Source: Tubiluchus corallicola (Eukaryota; Animalia; Priapulida). From it: a stretch of 64,000 bases of DNA. The notes beneath the pieces are model-generated. The model made no database searches, was not told where the DNA came from, and saw nothing but the letters and a program-made list of their open reading frames with translations. The stretch spans positions 186,001 to 250,000 of the forward strand of contig JAQGDQ010000272.1 in NCBI GenBank assembly GCA_030141605.1. The letters are read 5' to 3'. Of this stretch, positions 61,406 to 64,000 are shown one piece after another. Numbering within the stretch: position 1 is the stretch's first letter; each line of letters starts with the position of its first letter. The translations under genes were made by a program, and so were the position numbers.

Positions 61406-63734
61406 AGAGCTGGCCAATATAAGTAAGTTTAACATATTTATTAATCTTAAACTGCATAAAGGAAGTTCAATTTCTATTTGGTGTAACATTTCTGCTTTGC
61501 AACATTTTCTTGCAATTAGAACACTTTTGTAATTCACACCAAATGATTAAATATTTTGATTCAGTCCTTTTTTTATAAAAATCTTGTAATCACACCTTAA
61601 TGCAAAACGCTTTATTTTATTTGCTCAGAATAAATAACCGTTAGCAAGCCAATGCGGAATTTGAAGTTTTGTTTGGGACATTTTCGTCAGCTACATCCTA
61701 GAATGAATCTACATCCAAACAGACCAGTTAGCGTTACGACCAAAGAAGCTAATTAGAGAATTACTGCTACACAAACTTTTTACATATATTTTTAGAAACA
61801 TTTATGAAATGCCACACTGGGATGATTAGTATTGCATACAAACAGTAACAGATAGCGATGACTACAATATAGTTAATTCCAAATTTTTCTCACAGCAATA
61901 TTCCAAGCTGTGTTAATTTTTTCAATGTTGTGACTGTTAAGTTTCCAAGTTTCAGATCCTTAAAATAATTCACAAACTTTCTAAAATATTTTAATTTTCA
62001 CTTTAGAACTAACAAAATACAAATTTGCAATAACACTATTGACCCTAAAAATAAAATCATTTTTTGACCGAGATATATCATCATTATCAAACAAGTCAGA
62101 AGTTAATATATGACCTAAATAAAACAAAGTTTTACACCAAGTTAAAGGAATTCCAGAGTTACCTATACCAACTTAGAGAAAAACCCGGGGTTGCCTATTT
62201 TAAAATGTTATGAATCCTAGAAAAAGCACGCAATAAGCTGAAATTACACCAGCAGGTAACTCATGGTATTAGTGAAATTCCAACAGTTTAGCTAAGGACA
62301 TACCATGTCACAAACTACTTTAACCAAAAAACTTTTAGCTGTCAAAAGTTATCAGTTTTAAATACTCTCATTCTGGCTTCAAATCAACTGCATGAATACC
62401 CCATGGACAATATTGACAGTCATTTGACAATACTGGTACATAAGGGTATGCCATAATGCTGGTTTTTCTAGCTAACGTAAAAGGTATAAAATATTGATCA
62501 CACTTGGTTGTTATTGTATTGACATCATTAGATCTTAAATAATCAGCCATGAGCAAAGAATTCCACAATGGTAAGTAAAAAATAGAAATTATGATGTGCG
62601 CTGCATTATGACTATGTTATCGATTGTTGCATTACACTATATGTTGTGTAACTTATTTTATGTGATGCTACATAATTGTTACATTATGTTATGCTATTAT
62701 GTTATGTTACGTTTTTCTAAGTGTAAGAGTTAGATAATACTACATTATGTTACATGTTATTCTATGCCACGCTATAGAATGGTATGCTATGTAACAACAA
62801 TGAAGGTTAAAAACACACAGTATTGTAGTGACACTCGAGTCAGTGACACCACACATAAATTTAAAAGGGAAGAAAAGGAATTTTAAAGCATATCCCAGAG
62901 AACTTTCCATACAAAGTAATATTACATAGCATAACACTTGCCTGCTTGAAAGACTGAATGTAATTATGATTAAAAGAAAATTTTTGATAATTTAAAATGG
63001 CTGCCGCACCTAGTAAAACAGCACAGCATCACCATCCCAATGTGCACCACTGATTCACCAAAAAACATTATTGATTATGCTCTGATTATTCTTTCAAACT
63101 CTGTGCAATGTTACCTAAACAAGTTTCAAATGACGTTCAGTTAAAGTAGCTGCACCTAACAACCATCGTGAGAATTTAAATTTTCAAGTTTTATAAATCA
63201 TTACTGCTAAGGGAAGCCCTGTACACAATAAGGCAGCATGAAATATCAAGACGATTTTTTAAGCTTTATCAAGACGAATTTTTAAGTTTTATTTATGAAT
63301 AGTGTTTTCTTATGCTTTAAAATGAGTCAACCATTAAACAAAAACACTCCTGCATTACAGGAAGACTGAGGAATCACAACACGAAACATTTACATCAAGG
63401 CAAGATATTGTGCAGTGTTGTCATTCGGAACACTCAGCATGCAAAAAACTACAAGGAAAATGTAGTATGCCATCGATTTAAGTACCACAATTATATGTAA
63501 CAAGTAGCGTGCAACTGCGAATAACCAAGAAGTGTCTGTCTATGTACAGCATCTTTAAAAAATGGAAATGTACAAGTAAAATATGTAAGCCTAAACATGT
63601 AGTTAGAATTTTTAACTCGTTAAAAACCGTTAAAAATATTTATTTTAGACATGTTTGTAATTTTGAGAAACAAAGAAATATTTAACTCATAAAATGATCA
63701 AAACAACTTTGACATGACAAAAATGATCAAAAGG

Positions 63735-64000
63735 ACTCACACATCACGCAAGCGAACACGTTCGAATGAATACGGATCCACACATCATGCAAGCGAACAC
63801 TTTTTTTTGAATGAGTACGGATTACGCAAGTGAACACGTTTGAATGAATACTGATCTCACATCACGCAAGCGAACACTTTTGAATGAGTACGGATCACGC
63901 AAGTGAACACGTTCGAATGAATACAGATCACGCATCACGAAAGAGAACACGTTCGAATCAATACGGATCACACATCACGCAAGTGAACACGTTCGAATGA
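63735..64000. repeat. ~35-45 bp minisatellite running off the window
   Basis: cacatcacgcaag(c/t)gaacacgttcgaatga(a/g)tacggatc repeated. Confidence 0.93.

Overview
AT-rich, intron-rich eukaryotic DNA that looks like an invertebrate animal; the species cannot be identified from sequence alone. Four host genes are supported: the 3' end of bystin (+, last two exons, 1-2650), an intronless DHRS4/DHRS2-like short-chain dehydrogenase (+, 20915-21727), a two-exon scratch C2H2 repressor (+, 23722-26239), and a SID-1 transmembrane family gene (-, 19 phase-consistent exons reconstructed by eye at 32995-55123; its 5' exon(s) were not found). The rest is mostly transposon debris: a decayed Ty3/Gypsy element with the unusual PR-INT-RT-RNaseH order (Gmr1-like) whose putative 3' LTR ends 150 bp before the SDR start codon, a canonical-order Gypsy remnant, a hAT transposase remnant, a LINE 3' end, many MITEs (one nested with a clean TSD), 5S-like SINE fragments and tandem repeats. 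The best leads are the Gmr1-order element beside a diverged intronless SDR, inverted MITEs bracketing seven SID-1 exons in circRNA/dsRNA geometry, a hammerhead-ribozyme-like core in a palindromic repeat, and a weak CARD-like ORF. No database search was run; I found no clearly new system, only testable leads.
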